Origin: Ignavibacteriales bacterium
Lineage (GTDB): Bacteria; Bacteroidota; Ignavibacteria; Ignavibacteriales; Ignavibacteriaceae
Direction of reading: 5' to 3'
Assembly (NCBI GenBank): GCA_012517155.1
Contig: JAAYVN010000041.1
Coordinates: 10,556-74,555, forward strand
Length of the DNA: 64,000 nt
Shown here: piece after piece, positions 37,427 through 47,600 of the stretch
How positions within the stretch are numbered: the stretch's first letter is position 1
How the letters are laid out: each line of letters opens with the position of its first letter
The notes under the pieces: generated by a model
Seen by the model: only the letters and a program-made list of their open reading frames with translations
What the model was told of the DNA's origin: nothing
Database searches by the model: none
Made by a program: the position numbers and the translations under genes

Positions 37427-38995
37427 ATGAAGCAAAAAACAATTCTATGGGTGGATGATGAGATTGATCTTCTTCGCTCCCACGTTATATTTCTTTCCGA
37501 AAAAGGTTTTAATGTGCTTACCGAGACTAATGGGGAAGATGCCCTTGATGTTGTAAGGAAGAAGGAAATTGATCTGATTTTCCTTGATGAGATGATGCCC
37601 GGAATAGGGGGTCTGGAAGTTTTATCGAGGATAAAGGAAATCAACCCCCAGGTCCCTGTGGTAATGGTTACAAAGAATGAGGAAGAGTTCCTTATGGAGG
37701 AGGCTATCGGCAGTAAAATAACTGACTACCTGACTAAGCCGGTGAATCCAAGTCAGATTTTCCTCGTGTGTAAAAAGATTCTTGAAAAAAAGAAGATTTC
37801 CGATCAGTTTACCACCAAGGATTATCTGCAGGACCTTAACCAGATTTCCACATTGCTTCAGCATAACCTCGACCACTCCGAATGGATTGATATTCAGCTA
37901 AAACTGACCAACTGGGATATTGAACTGGGAAATCTTTCGGATCTTAGCCTATTGCAGACTCTGACTGAACAGAGAAAAGATTGTAACAAGGAATTCTCGA
38001 AGTTCGTAGAAAAGAATTACCGAACCTGGATAAACAGCCAGCCTTCAGATGATGTTCCAACACTTACAACGCAAATCGTGGAAAAGTATCTCTTCCCGAT
38101 TTTAAGGAACAGCGACTCCCCCGTTTTCTTTTTTGTGATTGACTGTCTGCGCATGGATCAATGGCTGATAATGGAGTCCCTGCTAAGTGAATATTTCAGA
38201 ATCTCGAAAGAGTATTATTATTCAATACTCCCGACTGCCACCTCATACGCAAGGAATGCTCTTTTTGCCGGGCTTTTCCCTTCCGAAATTGAAAAGCATT
38301 ATCCCGAACTCTGGAAAGGAAATGATGACGACGAAAGAAGCATGAACAAATATGAAAAGGACTTGCTGGCACACCTTCTGGAAAGAAACAGAATAAAACT
38401 CAGAAACGAATTAAAGTATATTAAAATAATTGATCCGGAAGTGGGCAGAAACTTTGAAAACAATATAATGTCCTACCGGAATAATCATCTCACTGCAGTT
38501 GTGGTGAATTTCCTTGATATGATTGCCCACGGTCGCTCGGATTCCGACCTGTTAAAAGAAATTGCGCCGGATGAACGCGCGTACAGATCCCTTACCAACA
38601 GCTGGTTTACTCATTCCTCCCTTTTATCTACTTTCAAGGCAATCAGCAGTATGAAAAATGCTAAAATCTTTATTACCACGGACCATGGTGCGATTAGATG
38701 CCTCCGAGGCGCTAAAGTTCTTGGGGATAAGGAAACTTCGACAAATCTCCGTTTCAAATATGGAAGAAACCTAAAGGTCGATGATAAGAATGCTGTGTTC
38801 GTGAGAGATCCCCTGGATTACAAACTGCCAAGACGGGGTGTGACCACGAGTTATATAATAGCAAAGGAAGATTATTATTTTGTATATCCAACCGAATACC
38901 ATAAGTATCTGAGTTATTATAAAGACACATTTCAGCATGGGGGAATATCCCTGGAAGAAATGATATTGCCAATAATCACTATGGAACCCAAATGA
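37427..38995 (+). CDS. porX: PorX-type response regulator (CheY-like receiver fused to a PglZ/alkaline-phosphatase-superfamily domain)
   Basis: Receiver ILWVDDEIDLL...IFLDEMMPGIGG...TKP. PglZ part FFFVIDCLRMDQW, FLDMIAHG, ITTDHGAI. The ORF opens at 37322; the ATG at 37427 gives a 522-aa product. Confidence 0.85.
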   Translation: MKQKTILWVDDEIDLLRSHVIFLSEKGFNVLTETNGEDALDVVRKKEIDLIFLDEMMPGIGGLEVLSRIKEINPQVPVVMVTKNEEEFLMEEAIGSKITDYLTKPVNPSQIFLVCKKILEKKKISDQFTTKDYLQDLNQISTLLQHNLDHSEWIDIQLKLTNWDIELGNLSDLSLLQTLTEQRKDCNKEFSKFVEKNYRTWINSQPSDDVPTLTTQIVEKYLFPILRNSDSPVFFFVIDCLRMDQWLIMESLLSEYFRISKEYYYSILPTATSYARNALFAGLFPSEIEKHYPELWKGNDDDERSMNKYEKDLLAHLLERNRIKLRNELKYIKIIDPEVGRNFENNIMSYRNNHLTAVVVNFLDMIAHGRSDSDLLKEIAPDERAYRSLTNSWFTHSSLLSTFKAISSMKNAKIFITTDHGAIRCLRGAKVLGDKETSTNLRFKYGRNLKVDDKNAVFVRDPLDYKLPRRGVTTSYIIAKEDYYFVYPTEYHKYLSYYKDTFQHGGISLEEMILPIITMEPK

Positions 38996-39426
38996 CAAAA
39001 GAGATTAGCAAAACCGTATTGACAGAATTTGATACACTCAACTTTGCGAAAGAGCTGATTCCGGAAATTGAAGCGGGCGATGTTATAGCACTGATAGGAG
39101 ATCTCGGCTCGGGTAAAACTTATTTCATTAAAGCCTTTTGCCAATGCCTTGGGATTAGCTATGTAACTTCCCCTACTTTTACTATTGTCAATACATACAC
39201 GAAGGGAAATAACAAAATCTATCATTTCGATTTTTACCGTATAAATTCGCTATCCGAATTGATTAATACCGGTTATAATGACTATATAAATGACCCCGAG
39301 GCAATAGTTTTTATCGAGTGGGCGGATTTGTTCAAGAAAGCTCTCCCGGGTAAAAGAGTGGAAATTATTATCACGATGAACAAAGATCATACAAGGGAAA
39401 TAAAATTCATCAGGCGCGATGAATAA
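38992..39426 (+). CDS. tsaE: tRNA t6A37 biosynthesis ATPase TsaE
   Basis: GDLGSGKTYFIKAF, SPTFTIVN, HFDFYR. Confidence 0.9.
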   Translation: MTKEISKTVLTEFDTLNFAKELIPEIEAGDVIALIGDLGSGKTYFIKAFCQCLGISYVTSPTFTIVNTYTKGNNKIYHFDFYRINSLSELINTGYNDYINDPEAIVFIEWADLFKKALPGKRVEIIITMNKDHTREIKFIRRDE

Positions 39427-40066
39427 GCCGATTTTAGCTATTGAAACATCTGGAGCGCTCTGTTCTGTTTGCCTCTTTTTTTCGGAAGTGAAGCACCATC
39501 AGATTAATTCTTTTGATAAAATGTCTCACTCCAAAACATTAGTAAAAAGCATAAATACCCTGCTTGATTTTTCCGGCATTGCTCCGGGAGATCTTGATTC
39601 CACAGCTGTTTCAATTGGTCCGGGTTCTTTTACCGGATTGCGAATCGGACTGGCTGTGGCAAAGGGAATTGCTTACGGGGCAAATCTGCCGGTAATTCCG
39701 GTCCCCTCTTTTGATGCTTTGGCTTTGCAGTGCTGTGATTTTCTGCCTGATAATAAACCGATTGGAATTGCAATCAAGGCAAACCATGATGAGGTTTATT
39801 TTAATTCCTTTACTATTAATCAAAATAGTTTTAATTTTACGGGGGAAATCAGGATTATTAAGCAAAATGAACTAAATAATTACAGAAATGATTATCATCT
39901 TGTTTCTGATATAAGTACTCAGAATAAAACTGGCAACAAACTGAGTCAGTTGCCGGCATATTATGTAGCCAAATGGGCAAATATTTTTGGAACAGATTGT
40001 AAAAGCATGGATTATGATTATCTCGAGCCAATGTATATTAAAGATTTTGAAGTCAAAAGGAGTTAG
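39419..40066 (+). CDS. tsaB: tRNA t6A37 biosynthesis protein TsaB (YeaZ)
   Basis: ILAIETSG..CSV, GPGSFTGLRIGLAVAKG. Confidence 0.88.
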   Translation: MNKPILAIETSGALCSVCLFFSEVKHHQINSFDKMSHSKTLVKSINTLLDFSGIAPGDLDSTAVSIGPGSFTGLRIGLAVAKGIAYGANLPVIPVPSFDALALQCCDFLPDNKPIGIAIKANHDEVYFNSFTINQNSFNFTGEIRIIKQNELNNYRNDYHLVSDISTQNKTGNKLSQLPAYYVAKWANIFGTDCKSMDYDYLEPMYIKDFEVKRS

Positions 40067-40070
40067 AAAA

Positions 40071-40796
40071 ATGAAAAGACTATTATTACTTGTTGTGATT
40101 TTCGCGTTTTATGCCTGTGCGCAAATCGGACAACCAAAGATTTCTGTCCCTCAGTCTGTTTTCGATTTTGGTAATGTCCAAACCGGCGAAATCGTAAAAC
40201 ATAAATTCACAGTAACGAATAACGGCACGGATCTGCTGAAAATAACTCAGGTAGCTTCCTCATGCGGCTGCACCGCAGTGCAACCGGAAAAGAATGAACT
40301 TAAACCTTCTGAGAGCACAACTATAACCGCAGAATTTAACACCGCAGGACGACTGGGTCCCCAGATAAAATATGTGACTGTAATTTCTAATGATCCTGTT
40401 ACTCCGCAAGTACAAATGATAATCAAAGGAAATGTTGTTGATGCTAAGAAGGATACTGTTACTCCTCCAAGAATAAAATTCGAATCTTCGCAACATGACT
40501 TTGGAAAGATTAAGGAAGGAACCGTAAGTGAGTTCACTTTCAAGTTCAAGAATCTTGGTAAGGAAAGTCTGATAATTAACGATGTCAGGACTTCCTGCGG
40601 ATGTACTGCGGCAGTAGTTGAGGGGAGTGTGTTGAAGCCCTCTGAATCCGGAAGCATTAAGGTCGGGTTCGACAGCACGGGACGTGAAGGGAGAACCAGC
40701 AAGACAATTGTTGTAATGAGTAATGATCCTGAAAATCCTGCCGTTACGCTCACAATTTATGCAGAGATCGAACGTAAAACTGAACAGAGTAAATAA
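40071..40796 (+). CDS. DUF1573 domain-containing lipoprotein (two repeats)
   Basis: Leader MKRLLLLVVIFAFYAC. Two copies of FDFG.....F.F.N.G...L.I..V..SCGCT. Confidence 0.85.
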   Translation: MKRLLLLVVIFAFYACAQIGQPKISVPQSVFDFGNVQTGEIVKHKFTVTNNGTDLLKITQVASSCGCTAVQPEKNELKPSESTTITAEFNTAGRLGPQIKYVTVISNDPVTPQVQMIIKGNVVDAKKDTVTPPRIKFESSQHDFGKIKEGTVSEFTFKFKNLGKESLIINDVRTSCGCTAAVVEGSVLKPSESGSIKVGFDSTGREGRTSKTIVVMSNDPENPAVTLTIYAEIERKTEQSK

Positions 40797-40842
40797 CGGT
40801 CAGCCTGTAAAAGAATTAATTAATTTAATAATATAAAAAAGA

Positions 40843-41682
40843 ATGGCGTGGTTCAAAAGAGCTAAGAAAAATATAATGGATGATACTCCCCGAAAAGACC
40901 TTCCCGAGGGATTGTGGGAAAAGTGTCCGGAGTGCGAGGAGATTATCCATAAGCGGCAGCTGGAAGCAAACTGCTGGACATGTATAAAATGTTCCCACCA
41001 TTTCCGTATTGGCAGCGAAGAGTACATAAGTGTCCTGCTCGATAAGGATTCTTTCAGGGAAATGGATAAAAAAATGCGCTCGGCTGATCCACTCGACTTT
41101 ACGGACTCGAAACCATATCCCGCAAGAATCAAAGACTCGATAAAAAAATCGGGCTTATTTGATGCGGTCAGAACCGGCACCGGAAAAATTAACGGTCATC
41201 CCGTTGCGTTGGCTTGTATGGATTTTAAGTTCATCGGCGGCAGTATGGGAAGCGTTGTAGGGGAAAAAATTTCCAGGTTGGTTGACAAAGGTATCAAGGA
41301 TAAGATCCCTGTGATTATTATTTCTCAAAGCGGCGGTGCGAGAATGATGGAAGGAGTCCTTTCTTTAATGCAAATGGCTAAAACTTCCACCCGTCTGGCT
41401 AAACTTTCTTCTTTGAATATTCCTTACATATCCATTATGACTGATCCCACAACCGGCGGGATTACTGCCAGCTACGCAATGCTTGGTGACATAAATCTTG
41501 CCGAACCGGGTGCTTTGATTGGTTTCGCCGGTCCGCGGGTTATTAAGCAGACTATCGGGCGAGACTTGCCCCCTGGATTTCAGACAGCAGAGTTTATTCT
41601 CGAACATGGTTTCCTGGATAAAGTAGTACACAGAAAAGAGTTGAGGGATACTCTTTCAAAATTGCTTGACTTCATGAGCTGA
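40843..41682 (+). CDS. accD: Acetyl-CoA carboxylase carboxyltransferase beta subunit
   Basis: Zn-ribbon CPECEEI...CIKCSHH, FKFIGGSMGSVVGEK, SGGARMMEG. Confidence 0.93.
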   Translation: MAWFKRAKKNIMDDTPRKDLPEGLWEKCPECEEIIHKRQLEANCWTCIKCSHHFRIGSEEYISVLLDKDSFREMDKKMRSADPLDFTDSKPYPARIKDSIKKSGLFDAVRTGTGKINGHPVALACMDFKFIGGSMGSVVGEKISRLVDKGIKDKIPVIIISQSGGARMMEGVLSLMQMAKTSTRLAKLSSLNIPYISIMTDPTTGGITASYAMLGDINLAEPGALIGFAGPRVIKQTIGRDLPPGFQTAEFILEHGFLDKVVHRKELRDTLSKLLDFMS

Positions 41683-41716
41683 GGCATTTATCAGGATCAT
41701 TAAAAAAGTAAAGGAA

Positions 41717-42541
41717 ATGCAGGAGTTCGCAGGAGAACTCCGACTTTCAAAGAAAACTATCGGATTTGTCCCGACGATGGGATATCTGCATCAGGGACAT
41801 ATGAGTCTGGTACAGGAATCCAAAGCCCGTTCCTCTTGTACGGTTGTTTCGATTTTTGTTAATCCCACCCAGTTCGCTCCGAACGAGGACCTTGCTAAGT
41901 ACCCAAGAGATCTGAAAAAGGATTGTTTACTCCTCGAAAATGCCGGGGTGGATGTGCTTTTCTTTCCTGATGCGCAGGAGATTTACCCGGAAGGTTTTGA
42001 TACGTATATCTATCCCGATTCCCTCTCAAGGATTCACGAAGGAGAGTTCAGACCCATTCATTTCAGGGGCGTATGCACAATAGTCGGAATGTTGTTCAAT
42101 ATTGTGAAACCTCACTTTGCCTTTTTCGGTCAGAAGGATGCACAGCAGGCAGCGGTGATAAAAAGAATGTGCACCGATCTGAAGTTCGATTTGGAAGTAG
42201 TTGTTTGTCCGATTATCAGGGAAAATGACGGGCTGGCAATGAGTTCCCGTAATGTTTACCTGGCTCCCAAAGAAAGGCAGCAAGCTGTTAAGCTTTATGA
42301 GTCTTTGCTGCATGCCCAAAAACTTATCTCGGAGGGAGTGAGAAACACAAACCGGATTGTTGAGGAAATGATCCAAATCATAAAAGGGATTGAGAATCAT
42401 AAACTTGATTACATCAGGATCGTGAACGCGGTAAATTTTTCCGAAGTGGAAATGTTGAAAACCGGTGCTGACTATTATATTCTGATTGCCTGCAGAGTGG
42501 GAGTGACTCGCTTGATTGACAACGAGCTGATACGATTTTAG
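41717..42541 (+). CDS. panC: Pantoate--beta-alanine ligase. The true start may lie upstream of the first ATG (see findings).
   Basis: GFVPTMGYLHQGH, FVNPTQF, FGQKDAQQ. Confidence 0.9.
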   Translation: MQEFAGELRLSKKTIGFVPTMGYLHQGHMSLVQESKARSSCTVVSIFVNPTQFAPNEDLAKYPRDLKKDCLLLENAGVDVLFFPDAQEIYPEGFDTYIYPDSLSRIHEGEFRPIHFRGVCTIVGMLFNIVKPHFAFFGQKDAQQAAVIKRMCTDLKFDLEVVVCPIIRENDGLAMSSRNVYLAPKERQQAVKLYESLLHAQKLISEGVRNTNRIVEEMIQIIKGIENHKLDYIRIVNAVNFSEVEMLKTGADYYILIACRVGVTRLIDNELIRF

Positions 42542-43902
42542 CTTTTTGCTTTTCTACCTAAGATCGAAAGGATATTTATAAACGGCGAGAGCGCAGGGGT
42601 GTAATTATAGTCTGTCTCGTCCAGCTTCGTGACCGGGATGCTGAATCTTATCGCAGTGGACACTATGTCCGCTAATCCTGAAACTTCTTTTCCCCCTATA
42701 AAACTTGCCCCGAGGATATTACCGTTTTCCGCGTAAATAATTTTTCCCCACTGTCCTCTGCTGCCGGGCATTACCGGAACAAGATTTCTATGTGTGGTCT
42801 GAACGGATTTAATATTCCTGAAATGTTTTTTTGCGGTTTCTGTGTTCAATCCGACAGTTCCAAGGTAATGATCGAAGCATTTTAATGTAATCGCCGGAAT
42901 TACCGGTCTCATAAAATTATTCCCTCCCGTAGCGTTCTCCCCAGCTATATGTCCCTCCTTTTGTGCTATTGTGGCAAGCGGAAAATAAAAAGGTCTTCTG
43001 GTTATTAAATTTATATTTTCCGTATTATCCCCTGCTGCATAGATGTTGGGGTCGGATGTCTGCAATTTCGAATTGACTCTAAGTGCGCCGCTTTCCCCTG
43101 TCTCCAGTCCTGCCTCCAGGGCAATTCTGTTCTGGGGAATAAAACCTGTGGCGTTCACCACAAAATCCACTTCAAAATCGTAACCGTCAATAATGAGATT
43201 CGTGATCCTCGAATCCTTAATCCTGAATTTATATTTCGAAGCGTTAGTAAAGATCCGGATATTCATTTCCCTAAGAAGTTCGTTGAATATCTTGCCTGCT
43301 TCGGTTTCCCCCGATGGAAAAATCTGATCCATTTTTTCAATCAGCATAATCTCGAAGTTTAGTTTCTTAAACGCTTCACAAAGTTCAAGCCCGATAAACC
43401 CTGAGCCTATTATGCATACCCGTTTATGTTTTGCGGAATAAACTTCTTCCTGCACCCTGAGCAAATTGGAAACAGTCTTGAAAGGAAGGAAGTTCTGCAA
43501 TTCTCTCCCCTCATCGGTTTCGGCAATTATTTCGGGAATATCAGGAATCCTGCTTTTTGCACCTGTGGATAATATCAACTTGTCGTATCCGAGTATTTCT
43601 TCCTTTTGCTCCCTGACAAAAGTTATTTCTTTTTTTCTTCGGTTCAAGGAGATAACAGGTGAATTGGTGAGGACTTTAACCCCCTTCTGTATTCTGAACG
43701 ACTCCTCATCGAAGAAAACGATCTTCTTATAATCGCTGATCTCACCTGATAGAACGTAGGGAAGTTCACACGTCCCCGTGGAAATAAAATTCCCCGCTTC
43801 AAGCAGTGTAACAGTTGCAGAGGGATCAGTTCGTGCCGCCTTAGCCGCTGCCGCAGCACCTGCCGCATTCCCTCCCACCACAACTATTTTACGGGGATTC
43901 AT
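42538..43902 (-). CDS. FAD-dependent pyridine nucleotide-disulfide oxidoreductase (NADH oxidase / CoA-disulfide reductase-like)
   Basis: VVVGGNAAGAAAA dinucleotide fold, a single redox Cys in STGTCELPY, second Rossmann IIGSGFIGLE, AAGD. Confidence 0.8.
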   Translation of the reverse strand: MNPRKIVVVGGNAAGAAAAAKAARTDPSATVTLLEAGNFISTGTCELPYVLSGEISDYKKIVFFDEESFRIQKGVKVLTNSPVISLNRRKKEITFVREQKEEILGYDKLILSTGAKSRIPDIPEIIAETDEGRELQNFLPFKTVSNLLRVQEEVYSAKHKRVCIIGSGFIGLELCEAFKKLNFEIMLIEKMDQIFPSGETEAGKIFNELLREMNIRIFTNASKYKFRIKDSRITNLIIDGYDFEVDFVVNATGFIPQNRIALEAGLETGESGALRVNSKLQTSDPNIYAAGDNTENINLITRRPFYFPLATIAQKEGHIAGENATGGNNFMRPVIPAITLKCFDHYLGTVGLNTETAKKHFRNIKSVQTTHRNLVPVMPGSRGQWGKIIYAENGNILGASFIGGKEVSGLADIVSTAIRFSIPVTKLDETDYNYTPALSPFINILSILGRKAKS

Positions 43903-43906
43903 CTTT

Positions 43907-45214
43907 TTATTTTTCCTTAAAACTTATCGTAAACGGAACTCCGTAGAATCCGAAGTTCTCGCGAATTAACCTCTCGAGAAACTTTATATAATTATCCGTA
44001 ACGGATTTTGGGTAATTAACGAAAAACAGGAATACGGGATACTTGCTTCCGACCTGGTTTATGAATTTTATCTTTACTTCCCGGCCTGTGGGAGTAGTGG
44101 GGGGAGGTGTTTTTTCAATAAGCGGAAGCAGAATGTCATTAAGCTCGCTTGTGGGGATTCTTTTTTTCCTCTCGGCTTCTATTTTCAGCGCCAGTTCTAC
44201 AAGTTTGTATATCCTTTGCTTGGTAAGCGCAGAGATAAAAATTACCGGCACATAGTTTATGCCTGCCATTTTTGCTCTCAGTCCGTTTTCGTAATCTCGG
44301 GCAGTGTTTGTCTCCTTCTCCAAAAGATCCCATTTGTTAACAGCGAGAATCAGTCCTTTTCTTCGCTGGATCGCCTCATCTATGATTTTCTGATCCTGCT
44401 TTTCAAGTCCCAGGGTCGCATCAATCATTACTATGGTAACATCCGATTCGGCTATTGATTTCAGAGAACGGATAGAAGAAAAGTACTCAATCCCTTCCTC
44501 GATCTTTGTGCGTTTTCGGAGACCAGCGGTATCAATCAGAACAATCTCCTGTCCATAATATTTCAGGATCGAATCAACACTATCGCGAGTTGTGCCGGGG
44601 ATATCCGTTACTATACTCCTGTCAAATCCCAGCAGGGCGTTTGTGAGCGAGGATTTCCCGACATTCGGGCGACCAACAATGGCAATTTTCAATCGTTCAT
44701 CGGGCTCTTCGGTCACAGTCTGGAAATCGCTTGTCAGCAAGTCAAGGAAATCCCCTATTCTTCGCCCCATAATTGCGGAAACGGGAATTGGTTCGGAAAG
44801 TCCGAGCGCATGAAATTCCGAAGTGAACGCTTCATACTTCTCAGAGTCCACCTTGTTTACTACAAGAAAATATTTTTTATTCGAATTGCGGAGCATTTGA
44901 GCGATCTCATTATCAACCGGCGTAAGACCGTCCCGTGCATCCACAAGAAATATTATCACGTCCGATTCTGCAATGGCAAGTTTTACTTGTTCCCGGATAG
45001 CCTTCTCAAACAAATCGGGAGAATCGGGGACAAAACCGCCTGTATCAATAAGCCGGAATTCCTTCCCGTTCCATTCAACCTCTCCGTAATTCCTGTCCCG
45101 GGTTACTCCGCTTACATCATCCACAATCGCATCCCGTTTACCTACTAAACGATTAAAAAAAGTTGATTTACCTACATTCGGACGTCCGACAATTACTACT
45201 AATGGGGTTTTCAT
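43907..45214 (-). CDS. der: Ribosome-associated GTPase Der (EngA), two G domains plus KH-like domain
   Basis: GRPNVGKST twice, DTGG / DTAG, NKVD / NKWD. Confidence 0.94.
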   Translation of the reverse strand: MKTPLVVIVGRPNVGKSTFFNRLVGKRDAIVDDVSGVTRDRNYGEVEWNGKEFRLIDTGGFVPDSPDLFEKAIREQVKLAIAESDVIIFLVDARDGLTPVDNEIAQMLRNSNKKYFLVVNKVDSEKYEAFTSEFHALGLSEPIPVSAIMGRRIGDFLDLLTSDFQTVTEEPDERLKIAIVGRPNVGKSSLTNALLGFDRSIVTDIPGTTRDSVDSILKYYGQEIVLIDTAGLRKRTKIEEGIEYFSSIRSLKSIAESDVTIVMIDATLGLEKQDQKIIDEAIQRRKGLILAVNKWDLLEKETNTARDYENGLRAKMAGINYVPVIFISALTKQRIYKLVELALKIEAERKKRIPTSELNDILLPLIEKTPPPTTPTGREVKIKFINQVGSKYPVFLFFVNYPKSVTDNYIKFLERLIRENFGFYGVPFTISFKEK

Positions 45215-45242
45215 TCTGCAAAATTAATTTATTTAAAAAGTT

Positions 45243-46238
45243 CTATTTAATCCATCCTTGTTCTTTGTACCATCTCACAGTTCTTTCGATACCAGCGGCA
45301 ACCGGGATCTTCTGGGAGTATCCCAAGTCCTTCATCGCCTTTTGAGTTGAACAGGTCCAATATTGTTGAGTAAGGTCCTTCGCTTTTTCAATATTGAGTG
45401 TTGCCGCTTTACTTGAAAACATCGCAAAGAACTGGGCAATTGCGGCTATAGTGAACACAATAAAATGAGGGACTTTGACCTGTAAAGGTTTCTTATTCAT
45501 CACTTTGGAAGTGACCTCTCCGATTTCCTCCCACGTGTAAAGCTTCTCGGAGGATATGAAATATGTCTGGTTTTGAGCAACAGGACTCAAAGCAGCCAGA
45601 AGAAATCCGTTCACAAGATCAACCACGTGAATAAGACTTATGAGTTTCCTGTTGAAGCCGATTGTTGTCATTAATCCCGACGCAAACGTTTTAAAGAAAA
45701 TGAAAATCTCCGTATCCCTCTCTCCATATACAGCAGGAGCACGGCATATTGTTACCGGTAATCTGTCCATAAATGACTGAGCGACTTTTTCTTCCTCCAC
45801 TTTACTTCTTGCATAAGTAGTGATGGGATTACAAGGAATAGTTTCGTCGAGAGGGATTTCCGTTGGCGAGGGACCTGCAGCTGTTTGACTGCTGACAATC
45901 AGGATCCTCTTAATAGTTTCAGGAAACTCAAGCGCAACTTCAAGAATTGTCCGGGTTGTTTCCACATTCCCTTTAAAGTAGTCAGCAGGATCTTTAGCCT
46001 TTACCACTCCGGCGACGTGATATATATAACGAGCATCAGTAAACGCCTTACGAAGCCCCTCCTTGTCAAACAGACCGGTATTAAAAATTTCTACGGGTTT
46101 ATCTTTTAACCACTTAAGATTACTTGATTTACGCACCAGGCAACGAACTGTGTAACCCTTTTCTAAAAGCAGATCCACGAGGTGACTGCCTACGAATCCA
46201 TTCCCCCCGGTTACTACTGCAATTTCTTTTTTTTCCAT
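45243..46238 (-). CDS. Extended SDR, NAD-dependent epimerase/dehydratase-family reductase
   Basis: VTGGNGFVGSHL Rossmann motif, YARSK catalytic YxxxK. Confidence 0.85.
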   Translation of the reverse strand: MEKKEIAVVTGGNGFVGSHLVDLLLEKGYTVRCLVRKSSNLKWLKDKPVEIFNTGLFDKEGLRKAFTDARYIYHVAGVVKAKDPADYFKGNVETTRTILEVALEFPETIKRILIVSSQTAAGPSPTEIPLDETIPCNPITTYARSKVEEEKVAQSFMDRLPVTICRAPAVYGERDTEIFIFFKTFASGLMTTIGFNRKLISLIHVVDLVNGFLLAALSPVAQNQTYFISSEKLYTWEEIGEVTSKVMNKKPLQVKVPHFIVFTIAAIAQFFAMFSSKAATLNIEKAKDLTQQYWTCSTQKAMKDLGYSQKIPVAAGIERTVRWYKEQGWIK

Positions 46239-46407
46239 AATTTATTTGTTTTTAACTGCATTTATTATAATTTTAAATAATAGATTTTTTTCTTTTTAAC
46301 TTGTAAATTTAGTGTAAAATAAAGCCAAAAACAAGGAAGTTAGGGGCTTTGTTGAAGAGATTTAATCATTGTACAGTGTTTTTATAAAATTTTCCGGAGG
46401 AAGTTAA

Positions 46408-47598
46408 TTGGATATATTTGCAAAGTGTTTTGAATTTACCCGTGCAGACGATATTAAAGCATCAGGACTCTACCCTTATTTCAGGGCTATAGAGGAAAAT
46501 GAAGGTCCCGTAGTCCAGATTGAGGGACGAAAGATAGTAATGGCGGGATCAAATAACTATTTAGGACTTACTGCCCACCCAAAAGTTAAAGAAGCGGCAA
46601 TAAAAGCAGTTGAAAAATATGGTACAGGTTGCTCCGGTTCGAGATATTTAACAGGAACGCTTGACCTGCATATCGAATTGGAAGCACGTCTTGCTAAGTT
46701 TTTCGGAACAGAATCAGTGCTTTTATTCAGTACAGGCTACCAGACTGCGCAGGGAATCATCCCTACTTTGGTCAACCGTGGAGATTACCTGATTTCCGAC
46801 AAAGATAACCACGCCTGCATAGTTGCCGGTTATTTAATGGCTAAAGGAGCCACTGCAGAGATCGTTCGCTATAAACACAATGATATGAACGACTTAGAGA
46901 GAGTTATCTCCAAACTTCCTGAATCCGCTGGCAAACTGATTGTTAGCGATGGAGTGTTTTCCACAGGTGGTGAAATAGTGAATCTTCCCAAAATGAACGA
47001 GATTGCCAAGAAATATGGAGCAAGATTATTGATAGACGACGCTCACTCAGTAGGGGTAATTGGTAAGGGAGGAAGAGGCACAGCTAGCGAGTTTAATCTC
47101 GAGAGTGAGATAGATATGACTATGGGTACCTTCAGCAAAACATTTGCAAGTTTAGGCGGATTCGTTGCGGGTTCTGAAAGGGTATTAAATTATCTGAAAC
47201 ACCATTCCCCTGCTTTGATATTCAGCGCATCCCCTACTCCGGCATCTGCTGCATCTGCCTTGGCTGCACTGGAGATTCTTGAGCAGGAACCGGAAAGAGT
47301 TACAAGATTGATTCAAAATGCGGATAGGGTTAGACAAGGTTTGAAGAGTCTGGGATTCAATGTAGTAGAGAGCAGAACAGCAATTGTTCCTGTGATCGTT
47401 GGAAGCGATGAACTGGCTTTTATGATGTGGCGCAAATTGTACGATAATGGTGTCTTCGTCAACGCCTTTATTTCTCCCGGTGTACCTCCCGGACGACAGA
47501 TGATGAGAACAAGCTATATGTCCGCCCATGAGAATGAACATCTTGACTTTATTGTAGAAACTTTTAAGAAAGTTGGAAAAGAACTGGGATTAATATAA
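46408..47598 (+). CDS. Alpha-oxoamine synthase family PLP enzyme, serine palmitoyltransferase-like (KBL/BioF family not excluded)
   Basis: TTG start with GGAGG 6 nt upstream. YPYFRAIE..., [35 protein letters not shown] (PLP lysine). Confidence 0.8.
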   Translation: MDIFAKCFEFTRADDIKASGLYPYFRAIEENEGPVVQIEGRKIVMAGSNNYLGLTAHPKVKEAAIKAVEKYGTGCSGSRYLTGTLDLHIELEARLAKFFGTESVLLFSTGYQTAQGIIPTLVNRGDYLISDKDNHACIVAGYLMAKGATAEIVRYKHNDMNDLERVISKLPESAGKLIVSDGVFSTGGEIVNLPKMNEIAKKYGARLLIDDAHSVGVIGKGGRGTASEFNLESEIDMTMGTFSKTFASLGGFVAGSERVLNYLKHHSPALIFSASPTPASAASALAALEILEQEPERVTRLIQNADRVRQGLKSLGFNVVESRTAIVPVIVGSDELAFMMWRKLYDNGVFVNAFISPGVPPGRQMMRTSYMSAHENEHLDFIVETFKKVGKELGLI

Positions 47599-47600
47599 TT

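Noticed and set aside
40247-40753. 168-aa minus-strand ORF. Similar antisense ORFs include 2712-3059, 15856-16320, 23036-23557, 29283-29723, 30790-31224, 40800-41180 and 42026-42400.
   Set aside because: All are embedded antisense or out of frame within genes with clear family motifs. None has a motif of its own.
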